A stretch of 63,566 nucleotides of DNA, counting the filler, from Octopus bimaculoides (lineage: Eukaryota), in the NCBI RefSeq assembly GCF_001194135.2. It is 5 parts of 5 records of this genome, joined end to end, with 100 filler letters (N's around TTAATTAATTAA, not from the genome) between each part and the next. Parts side by side here need not be neighbours in the genome. Positions count along the whole stretch, not along the records: positions 21,918 to 46,857 come from NC_069000.1; positions 46,958 to 51,065 come from NC_068984.1; positions 51,166 to 61,691 come from NC_068990.1; 2 more parts are not named here. One strand, 5' to 3'. The translations under genes and the position numbers were made by a program. Each line of letters begins with the position of its first letter. The stretch's first letter is position 1. Below the pieces are notes generated by a model, which saw only the letters and a program-made list of their open reading frames with translations, was not told where the DNA came from and searched no databases. Of the stretch, positions 40,700 to 52,757 are shown piece by piece.

Positions 40700-41290
40700 A
40701 GAGAACTTTGTTAGACATTATCATGAATTTTCGTACAGGCAAATATAAAGCTTTCTACAAACCAGATAAGGACACCTACATCGATAAATGTTTTAACCAT
40801 TCACCATCAATAGTTAAACAACTGTTTTATAGGATTAGTGGGCGTGTTTGCAGCCAATCCTCTGAGGAAGCATCCTTCAAAAAGTCCCGTATTACAATGT
40901 CGCATTAGAAAGATCCAATTTTAAGAACAATATAACCTATATCCAACCAAACTTAGATAAACCAAAAAGACGTGGAGCGTAGGAAGATATATAAGTATAA
41001 TTTCTCTACACATCATGAACGTTGTTAAAAGATGTAATTAGACGGTTTCTAAAGCATATAGATATACACTTCCCACACTCACGTAACTATCACAAGATCT
41101 TTAATAGAAATACAGTCAAAGCTGGTCACAGTTGCCTCCCCAGCAAAGACTCGATGATGTTTAATAACAATAAAAATAATAGCTGCAAGAACATCCCACA
41201 TAGACCTTGTAATTGTAGGTTCTGATAAGTGTCCTGTGAACAATATTTGCTAGCAAAACGAATTCTGAGTGTCCCAGACAATACACTGCA
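40700..41290 (+). mobile_element. Penelope-like element remnant (RT thumb to GIY-YIG linker)
   Basis: LDIIMNFRTGKYKAFYKPD...NHSPSIVKQL...RISGRV...SSEEASF, followed by RFLKHIDIHFPHSRNYHKIFNRNTVK...SC...PCNCR. Confidence 0.8.
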
Positions 41291-41496
41291 AAATGCAATT
41301 GTCTTCATGTTCTCTTGTTCGTCACCTGTGGTGGTGGTGATGGTGGTGCTGCTGATGGTGGCGCCCTCTTCTTAAATTCCTGAATGAAACAGCGGTGATA
41401 TTCGTTGATTGTTTCGTCTTATTGATATTGTAACCAACCCTAACCCTTGGGATTATTGAATTTTAAACTTATCTTTGTCGTTCCCGTTCCTATCAG

Positions 41497-41671
41497 GGTG
41501 ATTTGATTACAAGCAAAAACAGTGACCAGTTATTAATAGCACTCGAACCGGAAGCTGCTTCTCTCCATTGCCGGAAATGGCCTGCCAGCACGTTGCTGGG
41601 TACTTCACAACCGGAAGGAAATAAACCGACGTTCGAACCAGGAACTAAATATCTTGTTATCGATGCTGGAG
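41497..41671 (+). CDS. HSPA12: HSPA12-like (heat shock 70 kDa protein 12) internal coding exon
   Basis: My translation is GDLITSKNSDQLLIALEPEAASLHCRKWPASTLLGTSQPEGNKPTFEPGTKYLVIDAG-G. IALEPEAAS and YLVIDAGG are HSPA12-type motifs. The acceptor is ttcccgttcctatcAG (41496) and the donor is G|GTGAGT (41672). The exon is 175 nt, ending in phase 1, which matches the next exon. Confidence 0.93.
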
Positions 41672-42874
41672 GTGAGTTGTGACTTTTTTCAAAACTCATT
41701 ATTATTTTTTATGCGCATGCGTAGGGTGGAAAGAGATGGATATGGGGATCACGTGAAAAGAATATTTACTCATTTGCATATCGTGAACAGTGTCACTAAT
41801 ATAATCACACACGCGCACAAATATGCACTCGTTGACATGCACACACACACACACACACACACACACTCTTATCCCCCTCTCCCTGGGTATGTTTCTCTTT
41901 GTGATTGGTTAAAAAGTTCACTTAGCTAATACGGGATTTCAAGTTCGGTCCCATAACCCGGTATTTTGATATATAAGCGTCTATATTAGCCCAAGGAATG
42001 CAGTAAGAAAACAGATTTGTGATCAAAGGAGCGCCAGTTATGGCTACCTCGCCTTCTTTTCAATAACTGAGCCAATCTGACCTGCACAGCTTTCAAGATA
42101 ACAAGGCGATTTGACTGTTATGTCGAGTGGCCACCATAAAGACCCACTCTCTGTCGTTGTTGGAACTCGAACCTATGATCACAGACGTTCCAGTCGTGAC
42201 AGCCCAATCTTTTTGCATATCAGCGACTCTCGACGGGGTGCATTGAAACAATAAGATGTGGTTTAAGATATTTATCAGTTATCTCTAGGAGGCTGAGTGA
42301 CCCTGTACAGGTTCTCTGGTCAACTGGAATCAGGCACTACTATGATCACAAATATTCCAACGGTGACCTTCCCGTCTTCCCCTCTCATGCTATATCGCCA
42401 TCCCCTGGGCAGAAAACTGAAGACCACATTATCCGACGAGCTTCCATGTTTTAAAGACAGTCGGATGTTATTTTAAGTAGATTTGCTTGCTATTTCTAGC
42501 AGGGCGATCGACTGCTTCGAGACAGTCTTCGTATTTGTGGTTGATGCTATGATTGATGATGGCGTGACAAGGAAGCGGAGAGGTTCCCAGCGATTACCTC
42601 ATCGTACTTCATCGCGTTATACTCTTTCCTTCCAAACTGTACAGTCATCACCAATCAATAACCACGTGTTCTGGCAGATGATTAATCGATAAAACAAGCA
42701 ACTCTCCTATCAATTTGCCTTGGCAACAACAACTTACTTTATTTTATTTTTCGTTAGTCACAAATTCTCTCTGACACTTTTGTTTTTTATGGGTTTTTTT
42801 CTCAAATATTTTTTTATTTCTATTTTCCTGTTTTTCTTCTTCCGACTCGTCTCGTTCCAGCTGCTTTTCACTAG

Positions 42875-42911
<37 letters not shown>

Positions 42912-42953
42912 TTATTATTATTATTGTTGTTATTGTTGTTGTTGTTGTTGTTG

Positions 42954-42984
<31 letters not shown>

Positions 42985-43379
42985 AAACTGTTGCTTTCTG
43001 CTGTTGTTTCTTGTTCCTATTTACTTTACTTTCTTACTATCAAACTTACTGAAGTCAGCCAAACGTGTGTGTGTGTATGTGTGTGTGTGTACAATATATA
43101 ATAATAACAATAATAGATATCCTTTTATCGTATTATATTATTTTCGGTTCATCATACGCACATACACACCCACATACATATTGATGATGATGATGATGAT
43201 GACGACCACAACTGGCTGATTTGATCTTGTTTCAAAAGTGACAAAAACGCTCACAACAACCACCAAATCCACACCTGTCGCTCTTGCAGCCATCACTGAG
43301 CGATTTCGTTTCGCTCAGCTGTGAAAAGTATTTTGTGATTTTTAACACAATATATCTCGTATAAACGGGTTTTCGCGGC

Positions 43380-43427
<48 letters not shown>

Positions 43428-44241
43428 NNNNNNNNNNNNNNNNNNNNNNNNNNNNNNNNNNNNNNNNNNNNNNNNNNNNNNNNNNNNNNNNNNNNNNNNN
43501 NNNNNNNNNNNNNNNNNNNNNNNNNNNNNNNNNNNNNNNNNNNNNNNNNNNNNNNNNNNNNNNNNNNNNNNNNNNNNNNNNNNNNNNNNNNNNNNNNNNN
43601 NNNNNNNNNNNNNNNNNNNNNNNNNNNNNNNNNNNNNNNNNNNNNNNNNNNNNNNNNNNNNNNNNNNNNNNNNNNNNNNNNNNNNNNNNNNNNNNNNNNN
43701 NNNNNNNNNNNNNNNNNNNNNNNNNNNNNNNNNNNNNNNNNNNNNNNNNNNNNNNNNNNNNNNNNNNNNNNNNNNNNNNNNNNNNNNNNNNNNNNNNNNN
43801 NNNNNNNNNNNNNNNNNNNNNNNNNNNNNNNNNNNNNNNNNNNNNNNNNNNNNNNNNNNNNNNNNNNNNNNNNNNNNNNNNNNNNNNNNNNNNNNNNNNN
43901 NNNNNNNNNNNNNNNNNNNNNNNNNNNNNNNNNNNNNNNNNNNNNNNNNNNNNNNNNNNNNNNNNNNNNNNNNNNNNNNNNNNNNNNNNNNNNNNNNNNN
44001 NNNNNNNNNNNNNNNNNNNNNNNNNNNNNNNNNNNNNNNNNNNNNNNNATACATACATGCATAGAAAGAAAAAGAGAAATAACCATAAGTATATTTATCT
44101 CCTAGTCGTCGTCATCCTCTACCTTCAGCTCTCCCCCTCCTCCTCCTCCTCCTCCTCCTTCTTCTTCTTCTTCTTCTTCTTCTTCTTCTTCTGCTTCTTC
44201 TTCTTCTTCTTCTTTTTCTTTTTCTTCTTCTTCTTCTTCTT

Positions 44242-44272
<31 letters not shown>

Positions 44273-44302
44273 TTATTATTATTATTATTATTATTATTGT
44301 TA

Positions 44303-44334
<32 letters not shown>

Positions 44335-44338
44335 TCAG

Positions 44339-45393
44339 GTGGTACAATCGACGTCGTTGCTCACAAAGTACGAAGAGATGGACGTATTCGAGAACTATTC
44401 CGTGCCACGGGTGGTGCCTGGGGAGGAACCGTCATTGACAGACAGTTTCTCAAGCTGATGGTTCAAATTTTTGGCGAGGCCTTCATGAAAGAATTCCAAA
44501 GCAATCATCCCAAGGATTACGTAGAGCTACTGCAGGACTTCGAAGTGAAGAAGCGAGGCGAAGGCGAAAGCATTCGCGTGTCGTTGCCCTATAACTTTTG
44601 CAATTTCAGATTCGATGGCAAAAGCGTTCAAGAAGTGATCAAAGCTTACGCCAGTGAATGCAATAACGAAGTGAAATTCTCCGGTGGCAAACTGGTGTTG
44701 TCCCCGAATAAAGTCAGCTCATTGTTTTACGATGCACTGGAACAAATTAATGACCATGTCCAGTCGTTATTGGACTCGTCTAAAATGAAAGATACCAAGT
44801 ATATATTTCTAGTGGGCGGTTTTGCTGAATCCGTCCGGCTTCAGCGTTCCGTGAAAGAGAAGTTCGGTGAACGCGTCACGGTGCTTATACCGGAAGAAGC
44901 CAGTTTAGCCGTCGTGCGCGGCGCTGTGGCCTTTGGTCACGATCCGAGCACAATCTGTAAGAGAATTTGTCGATTTACATACGGAGTTGGATCATATCTT
45001 CCTTTCGAAGAAGGCTATCATCGGGAAGATTTGAAAGTTGTCTCCGAGGATTTGGTTCTTTGCAAGAATATCTTCCAGATCTGGGCCAGAGTCGGTGAGG
45101 TGATAGGTGCTAATGAAATCTGGCGGGAAACCTACACGCCGATTATCACCAACCAGAAAGGAATTATGTTCGAGTTTTTTAAGACTACAAAACGCAATGT
45201 AAAATATGTAGACGAAGAAAATGTTGAGAAATGTGGTTGTCTTGTGGTCGGAATGCCGGATCTGACCGGTGACAAAAACCGTGCAGTTGACCTGGAAGTG
45301 ATCTTTGGAGGCACGGAAATTAAAGTTGTTGGATATGACCACACGAGTCACACGAGTCGAGAGACTCACATTGATTTTTTGTCGGAAAAATAA
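44339..45393 (+). CDS. HSPA12: HSPA12-like terminal coding exon
   Basis: The acceptor is tttcAG (44338). G|GT completes DAGGGTIDVVAHKVRRDGRIRELFRATGGAWGG, which runs in frame into ORF 44458-45393. That ORF contains FLVGGFAES, IPEEASLAVVRGAVAFG, TYGV, KCG, FGGTEIKV and C-terminal IDFL, all typical of HSPA12A/B. Confidence 0.95.
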
Positions 45394-45474
45394 ATTGAAA
45401 AAAAAAAAACAGACACAAAAAAAGAAAAACTCAGAAATAAAAAAAAATGGGATGGCGTGTGCGATGATGTGGGT

Positions 45475-45518
<44 letters not shown>

Positions 45519-47035
45519 CAGAGATCGAACGATGAATCGAACATTGAAATTATAAGAGGCCAATGAGCTGGGGGGAAATCAACGACGAAGCGCCTCACTA
45601 AATGTGTCGCTGTATTTAGTTTGATCTTTGCTNNNNNNNNNNNNNNNNNNNNNNNNNNNNNNNNNNNNNNNNNNNNNNNNNNNNNNNNNNNNNNNNNNNN
45701 NNNNNNNNNNNNNNNNNNNNNNNNNNNNNNNNNNNNNNNNNNNNNNNNNNNNNNNNNNNNNNNNNNNNNNNNNNNNNNNNNNNNNNNNNNNNNNNNNNNN
45801 NNNNNNNNNNNNNNNNNNNNNNNNNNNNNNNNNNNNNNNNNNNNNNNNNNNNNNNNNNNNNNNNNNNNNNNNNNNNNNNNNNNNNNNNNNNNNNNNNNNN
45901 NNNNNNNNNNNNNNNNNNNNNNNNNNNNNNNNNNNNNNNNNNNNNNNNNNNNNNNNNNNNNNNNNNNNNNNNNNNNNNNNNNNNNNNNNNNNNNNNNNNN
46001 NNNNNNNNNNNNNNNNNNNNNNNNNNNNNNNNNNNNNNNNNNNNNNNNNNNNNNNNNNNNNNNNNNNNNNNNNNNNNNNNNNNNNNNNNNNNNNNNNNNN
46101 NNNNNNNNNNNNNNNNNNNNNNNNNNNNNNNNNNNNNNNNNNNTCTCTGTCTTTCTCTTTCCTGCCTTTCCAATTCCTTAGACTGTTGTAAAATGGAGAT
46201 AAACTGGTCCAAACTTTGGAGCATTCTGATATCTCTTGGTAAAAGGATGGGAACAAAACAAATAAAAAATGTTTTTAATGGTGAGGCGGGGCTACGATTC
46301 TGTGGCACACACTAAAAGGGGGTTGGGGTGGGGGCACATACGTGTTTGGTTAAAGAATTCACAGACAAAAAAACGTGGCAATTTTTTTCGTTTCACCTGT
46401 AAAAAAATAAATAAATAAATATTCTCGTTTTCATGTTTATTTCTATCTCTTAGTTGTTGTTGTTGTCGTTGTTTAACCCTAGGTCAGGCTTAATTCAGTA
46501 GACCTACGAGGAAAAGTATTCCAGCCTTGACGATTCCATCGAATGCAACGGTTTTACTTTTCCATTCCGAATCCGAGGTAAACCATAGTTATTTCTCATT
46601 TACAAGAGTTATTTCCCTTGCATCTTGCTTCTCTAAAAAAATGATTTCGATACAAAATGACAGACACTGGCCGATATTTATGGCTATGTAGCAATTTTAG
46701 ATAGGTGGCCTTCACTAGGCTTTTTATTTAGTGTGATATCGTTTTACATTAAGTAAATCACGATATCTTCTTCGATAACACAAACGTAGCCATGTGCTCG
46801 CTTACATACACACTCATATGTGCTTGTGTATAAATATTTATATATATATATATATATNNNNNNNNNNNNNNNNNNNNNNNNNNNNNNNNNNNNNNNNNNN
46901 NTTAATTAATTAANNNNNNNNNNNNNNNNNNNNNNNNNNNNNNNNNNNNNNNNNNNNGAAATGCAGGCGGCTAACCGGACGGATTCTTAGAACGTTTAGA
47001 ACAAGAGATTAGGAAACCATGATAGTCCTCTGGAG

Positions 47036-47256
47036 CCGGGGTTTTCAAATTGTGGTCCGCGGACCACAGGGGGTCCCGAGGACAAGACAGGGGGTCCGTG
47101 GACAGCAAATACTTTTTATGGACAATTTGATTTTATATATGTTTTTTAATCGAAATCTTTTAATTGACAGTAAACCTATTTGTTAAATACTGTTAAATAA
47201 ATAAATGTAAAAATATATGTTATTTTAAGCAAATATTTATGTATAAATTTCATAAG
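47036..47256 (+). mobile_element. hAT-like MITE end
   Basis: CCGGGGTTTTCAAATTGTGGTCCGCGGACC resembles hAT (Charlie-type) termini. It contains an 18-bp palindrome TGTGGTCCGCGGACCACA (47051-47068) and repeated GGGGGTCC motifs. Confidence 0.55.
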
Positions 47257-47515
47257 CGTCACTGCATAGTGCCAAGGAATCGAAATTTGCCATCAAGGTA
47301 TCGGACAAGATAATGCAAGTGTCTGGGCTTCAGAGGACCGCGGCTCTTCAAAATCCTCCCCAATGACCTGAGAGACCTGCATAGAGTAGTTGTAGATGTC
47401 TTCAAAATGAAATTGGACTTCTTACTGCCAAGTGTCCCAGATGAGCCAACTTCACGGTAGGAGGTACAGATGAGGGCAGCAACATCAAACTCACTCATGC
47501 ACCAAATGTCAATTT
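47257..47515 (+). mobile_element. CR1/L2-type LINE ORF2 C-terminal remnant
   Basis: GFRGPRLFKILPNDLRDLHRVVVDVFKMKLDFLLPSVPDEPTSR*EVQMRAATSNSL matches the GPRLFN.LP...FK..LD.FL..VPDEP...RAA.SNSL pattern. Confidence 0.78.
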
Positions 47516-49302
47516 CTAAAATGTATTAGTGAAGTAAAGTTATGTAGCAACATCAAATGGCGTGGCCCCAGCATGGCCACAACTCATCAGCTGAAATTAA
47601 TTCAAATCAAATCAAATCAAATATATGTGTTTATATATGTATATATATAAAGATATATATGTGTATGTATATATATATATATATAAATATATATGTGTAT
47701 GTATGTATGTATGTATGTATGTATGTATGTATGTATATATATCGTTATATATATATATATATATTTTACTCGTACTTGTTTCAATCATTTGACTGGGGCC
47801 ATGCTGGAGCACCACTTTAGTCGAGCAAATCGACCCCAGATCTTATTTTTTGTAAGCGTAGTACTTATTCTATCAGTCTTTTGCTGAACCGCTAAGTTAC
47901 GGGGACATAAACACACCAGCATCTGTTGTCAAGCGATGTTGGAGGTCAAACACACACACNNNNNNNNNNNNNNNNNNNNNNNNNNNNNNNNNNNNNNNNN
48001 NNNNNNNNNNNNNNNNNNNNNNNNNNNNNNNNNNNNNNNNNNNNNNNNNNNNNNNNNNNNNNNNNNNNNNNNNNNNNNNNNNNNNNNNNNNNNNNNNNNN
48101 NNNNNNNNNNNNNNNNNNNNNNNNNNNNNNNNNNNNNNNNNNNNNNNNNNNNNNNNNNNNNNNNNNNNNNNNNNNNNNNNNNNNNNNNNNNNNNNNNNNN
48201 NNNNNNNNNNNNNNNNNNNNNNNNNNNNNNNNNNNNNNNNNNNNNNNNNNNNNNATATATATATATATATATATATATATAGGGATTTACTTTTCGTAAT
48301 GAGATAAAAAACCAAGGGTGTGTAAATTATAGAATATTTATAAATAGAAGGAGTTCCTGAAGTAGATCCAACGGTAATATACCCCGACTACGGATCACAC
48401 CAGGTACCTCAAACTGTGCACTACTATCTAACTATTTATCTATCTAGCTTGCTCGCAGTTCCGCGAAGATATGATCAAAAAAAGAAGTACTCTATCCAGT
48501 GAGAGGTGTTATTTAATGTGTACAGTAAAAATATAGATTTTCTTCGTCGGAGCCACGTGTCTAGGCAGGTTTTTGTAAGATACCATCTACCTCCAAGCAA
48601 TTCTCGGGCACTGAGCACTTGGCCTATTCATTTTGCAAATCAGGACGCTGGTACAAGAGAAATAACGAGAGAAAAACGAGAACAGATATGCAAGAAGTAG
48701 AAGGATGAACTAAAAAAGGAAAACGGAAAGAAAATATAAGGACGAATATTTCCATTTTTTTTTTTGCTTTTTTCGTAGTTTGATAAATTTTGAGTAGTTT
48801 TAAATTTGAGATGAATTCTTTATAGTGGAGACACTGACAAAAGAAAAAAAAGCCTACCAATATTAAACGTTATCTGAAACCCATCAATTCCTTGTGTCCT
48901 GGGCGGCAAATCATGTTTAATGCAGTAGGAAAAATAGAGAAGGTAAATTACATGGTCAATTATATCGGTACCGAAGTAGATTTTAGAAAACTGCAATATA
49001 TCACCCCTACAACATTGTCATTTCGGATTAGAGTCTGAACTTAGTTTGATCTCGTAAGAAAACAAATATTCGTCTCACAGACGGGACAAAAATGAAATAT
49101 GTTATTCTTAAAGAAATGTAAATTTTGAACGTCTAATACAGAGACACGACAGAAAAGTGATCAGATGTCTATATGAATTTGAATATATTTAAATATATTT
49201 ACAGAAAACTTCTATATCTATTCATGTAATTGCCTATCATTGTCTCTGTCCAGCAGTCCAGATATTTATCTGAATGTCTGCATTTCACTAAGTTCTGTCT
49301 GA

Positions 49303-49333
<31 letters not shown>

Positions 49334-49395
49334 CACACACACACATCTATTCTATTTATTTAAATATCGAACTGTATGCCTACACATATTTATAA

Positions 49396-49892
49396 TACTA
49401 ATCCCTCTGCTACCGTAGGTGTTACGTTTCACCCCACCACCTCGCGATAGGTGAAAATCCGCGAAGTAGAGACAGTAATGTACTGTATATTTTTGTTATT
49501 ATTTTTATAATTTGTATTTGTTTATTTTTATTATAAATGCAAAACAACACCACACGCTCGTCTCCCGAGTTTCGTTTTCCATAAAGTATATGCGATTCTT
49601 TATTTACTCATCTGCGGTACACTACGTATTCTCTTTTAGCATATTTTAATTAATGTGTTATACAGTACAGTACTGTATTTTTTATTTTATTAATATATTA
49701 ATTTTTAGGCGTGTAAATGTTTATTTTCCCACAGAAATATCTAAAATCTAAAAAAAATTTAAATATCTACCGGCCGCTGAAATCCGCGATATACTGAGGA
49801 GTCCGCTACATATCTTTACGTATATTAGCCAGAAAAATCCGCGATGTACAGAGTGTACGATCGGTGAACCGCGATATGGCGAGTAATTACTG
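49396..49892. mobile_element. pogo/Tigger-like MITE
   Basis: The right end CCGCGATATGGCGAGTAATTACTG-TA resembles pogo/Tigger TIRs. The left end is degenerate (tactaatccctc). AAAATCCGCGA subterminal motifs recur. Confidence 0.6.
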
Positions 49893-50261
49893 TATATCAG
49901 GCATCTCCTTGGGAGATGATTGACCATGTGGCTACACATATATCGGCACCTGGCAAGGGTATTTGAGGGCGTCTGGTTGTTGTCCATGCATGCTAATCTC
50001 CCCTCTCCGTTCCACTAATCTTGTCCGAGGGAATGGCCACTACCTTAGAACCAACTGAGCGTGCAAAACCTTCATTTAGCAACAGGCAAGGCATCTCGAT
50101 TGTCGGCCTTACTTTTTTAGCAATATAAACGTGTCCGTGCATGTGTATGTTTGAATACGTGTATATTTGCGTGTGCCTGTGTGTGTGTGTGTGTGTGTGA
50201 GTGTGTGTGTGTGCGTGCGTGTGTGTGTGTGCGTGCGTGCGTGTGCTTCATCGTCCAACAT

Positions 50262-50399
50262 GATTTCGTATTCAGTCCCACTGCGTGGCACCTTGGGCAA
50301 GTGTCTTCAGCTATATCCACGGGCCGATCAAAGCCTTGTGGGTGGATTTGGTAGACAGAAACTGAAAGAAGCCCGTCGTATATATATATGTATATACAC

Positions 50400-50431
<32 letters not shown>

Positions 50432-50680
50432 ATGTGTGTGTGTGTATCTGTGTGTGTGTGTGTGTGTGTGTCTGTGTGTGTTTGTGTGTGTGTGTTTGTC
50501 CCCTCAACATCGCTTGACAACCGATGTTGGTGCGTTTACGTCCCGTAACTTAGCGATTCGGCAAAAGAAAACGATTGAATAAGTAATAGGCTTACAAACA
50601 ATAAGTCCTGGGGTCGATTTGTTCGACTAAAGGACATGTTCCAATATGGCCGCAGTCAAATGACTGAATCAGGTAAAAGA
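50262..50680 (+). mobile_element. Composite SINE copy, 5'-truncated, with longer internal microsatellite
   Basis: The same two modules as 25245-25612, separated by about 115 nt of (TA)n(TG)n. Confidence 0.85.
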
Positions 50681-51009
50681 ATAATAGAACATGTGATATC
50701 ATCAGTTGAAAATTTTTCACCGCAATTATCCAAACAATGTTGCAACAAAAACCCTCGATTCAGGTTTTGAACTGCGAAGAATAGCAACGAGAAAAATAAC
50801 TCATGGGAATAAATCTAACAAGTTTATTGGGTGGGAACCTTTGAACAGTGTAGGCAGAGTACACCGAAGATGACCTGTTCTTTGAAGTTAAAAGGGATAG
50901 CAGTGAACTTGTTTTGGCTTTATTACAGTTCCTCAGCAAAGTAAGCTCTGCTCCACTGGCAAGACTAATGACCAATATATATATATACATATGTATATAC
51001 ATACATACA

Positions 51010-51065
<56 letters not shown>

Positions 51066-51165
51066 NNNNNNNNNNNNNNNNNNNNNNNNNNNNNNNNNNN
51101 NNNNNNNNNTTAATTAATTAANNNNNNNNNNNNNNNNNNNNNNNNNNNNNNNNNNNNNNNNNNNN

Positions 51166-51484
51166 TGATGAAGCACTAGTCTGATCTTAAGTACTCTGTC
51201 ACTTACTCTAACGACCTCGATTACCTTATCCACCCATTTCTCCGCTAGAAGTATTCCTACGCCCCCGACCCCGTCAGTGTTCCCTGCCCAGAAAATCTTG
51301 TACCTGTGTTCTTTGCCTGTGAGGAACCTTGCAGAACCTCCTCTCCATCTTACTTCCTGGATGCAGCACATATCTACGCATCTCCGTTCAAGCATCTCAA
51401 CAATTTCACCAGATCTACCTTTCAGCGTACCGACGTTGAGAGTGCCAATCCTAACAGTATGGGTGTTGGGGGTGTGGGCCTGTA
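51166..51484 (-). mobile_element. RTE-clade LINE, APE endonuclease N-terminal fragment
   Basis: An open frame reads THTVRIGTLNVGTLKGRSGEIVEMLERRCVDMCCIQEVRWRGG...GVGGVGILLAEKWVDKVIEVVRVSDRVL, carrying the APE motifs (GTLNV, CIQEVRW, GVG). It is cut by a scaffold gap. Confidence 0.92.
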
Positions 51485-51486
51485 AT

Positions 51487-51565
51487 ATTTAAAAGGAGAG
51501 AAATTCAACACCGTATATTTTTTACATTATTTAATATACGGTGTTGAATTTCTCTCCTTTTAAAT
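51487..51565. repeat. Perfect inverted repeat, 33-bp arms, 13-nt loop
   Basis: ATTTAAAAGGAGAGAAATTCAACACCGTATATT (51487-51519) pairs with 51533-51565. Confidence 0.95.
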
Positions 51566-51771
51566 GTACAAATTTGAAACCTTGGAAATATAAACAATGA
51601 GAACGATCCTTAAGGAATCTAATCAATGATCCTTTGGGGTGAAGTCTTATGCTATATTGGTAACGATTACAAAATTTACTGGAAAATTATATATATATAT
51701 ATATATATGTATATATCATCATCATCATCTAAAGTTGTTCGGTATGTTAAAATAACCTTTTTAGATAAAAT

Positions 51772-51987
51772 TATACAAATATTCTATAATTATAAACATA
51801 ATTATAATCAGGGGGTCAGCTAATTGCTTTGCCATGCACCAAATTTAGAAATAGCAGTTAAAATACCTTTTCAGCTACCAGTATCAGAAAAGGAATTTTA
51901 ACTCCTATTTCTAAATTCGGTGCATGACGAAGCAATTAGCTGACCCCCTGATTATAATTATGTTTATAATTATAGAATATTTGTATA
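51772..51987. repeat. Long fold-back (about 100-bp arms, 14-nt loop), MITE-like
   Basis: The left arm tatacaaatattctataattataaacataattataatcagggggtcagctaattgct...ccttttc pairs with gaaaagg...agcaattagctgaccccctgattataattatgtttataattatagaatatttgtata. The outer ~55 bp are perfect and there are a few inner mismatches. Confidence 0.93.
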
Positions 51988-52027
51988 TATGTGTGTGTGT
52001 ATATATATATATATATGTAGAGAGAGA

Positions 52028-52175
52028 GTTTCTACAGCTGGAAGGGCATCCAGCTGTAAAAACTCTGCCAGATCAGATTGGAGTCTAGTGTAGCCATCTG
52101 GTTCGCCAGTCCCCAGTCAAATCGTCCAACCCATGCTAGCACAGAAAGCAGACGTTAAATGATGATGATGATGAT
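52028..52175 (+). mobile_element. Retroposon 3' end (probable RTE-associated 3' UTR) with (GAT)n tail
   Basis: gaagggcatccagctgtaaaaac...aacccatgctagc...gacgttaaatgatgatgatg. Related pieces lie at about 52945-53225 and, reversed, at 61667-61691. Confidence 0.55.
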
Positions 52176-52493
52176 ATATATAAAATCCTGGACTAGGCAT
52201 GGGCAACCTTCCTTTAGTGAGAAGTGGAATGCATGAGCCATGGCTCATTATCAAGGTGAGCTGCACTGCTAAAATAATTCAAGTTAATTTCTCATTAGGT
52301 TTGCCATTCAGAAAGTCCTATGGCTTAGGGTTTCCCATAACTGACTTAGATCATACTCTTTTTTTACATACATCTAAGTATCTCATCTGTTAGACCAGTG
52401 GTTCTCAGTTGGGGTCTATATGACCCTTGGGGATCATATAAGATTTTGTTGTTAAATTTATCTGTAATAAATTGGTTATGCTTCTAGGTGCAG

Positions 52494-52757
52494 GAGTGGC
52501 TGTGTCGTAAGAAGCTTGCTTCCCAATCACATGGTTCTGGGTTCAGTGCCACTGCATGGCATCTTGGGCAAGTGTCTTCTACTATAGCCTTGGGCCAACC
52601 AAAGCCTTGTGAGTGGATTTGCTAGACGAAAACTGAAAGAGTGGATTTGCTAGATGAAAACTGAAAGAGTGGATTTGCTAGACGAAAACTGAAAGAGTGG
52701 ATTTGCTAGACGAAAACTGAAAGAGTGGATTTGCTAGACGAAAACTGAAAGAAGCTC
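52494..52757 (+). mobile_element. SINE 5' module containing a 5 x 28-bp tandem expansion
   Basis: The unit GAGTGGATTTGCTAGACGAAAACTGAAA starts at 52611, 52639, 52667, 52695 and 52723, with one C-to-T variant in copy 2. Confidence 0.9.

Noticed and set aside
52611-52750. CRISPR-like appearance of the 28-bp and 37-bp repeats
   Set aside because: The units are directly adjacent with no unique spacers, there are no cas genes, and the context is eukaryotic; the 28-mer is part of a SINE.
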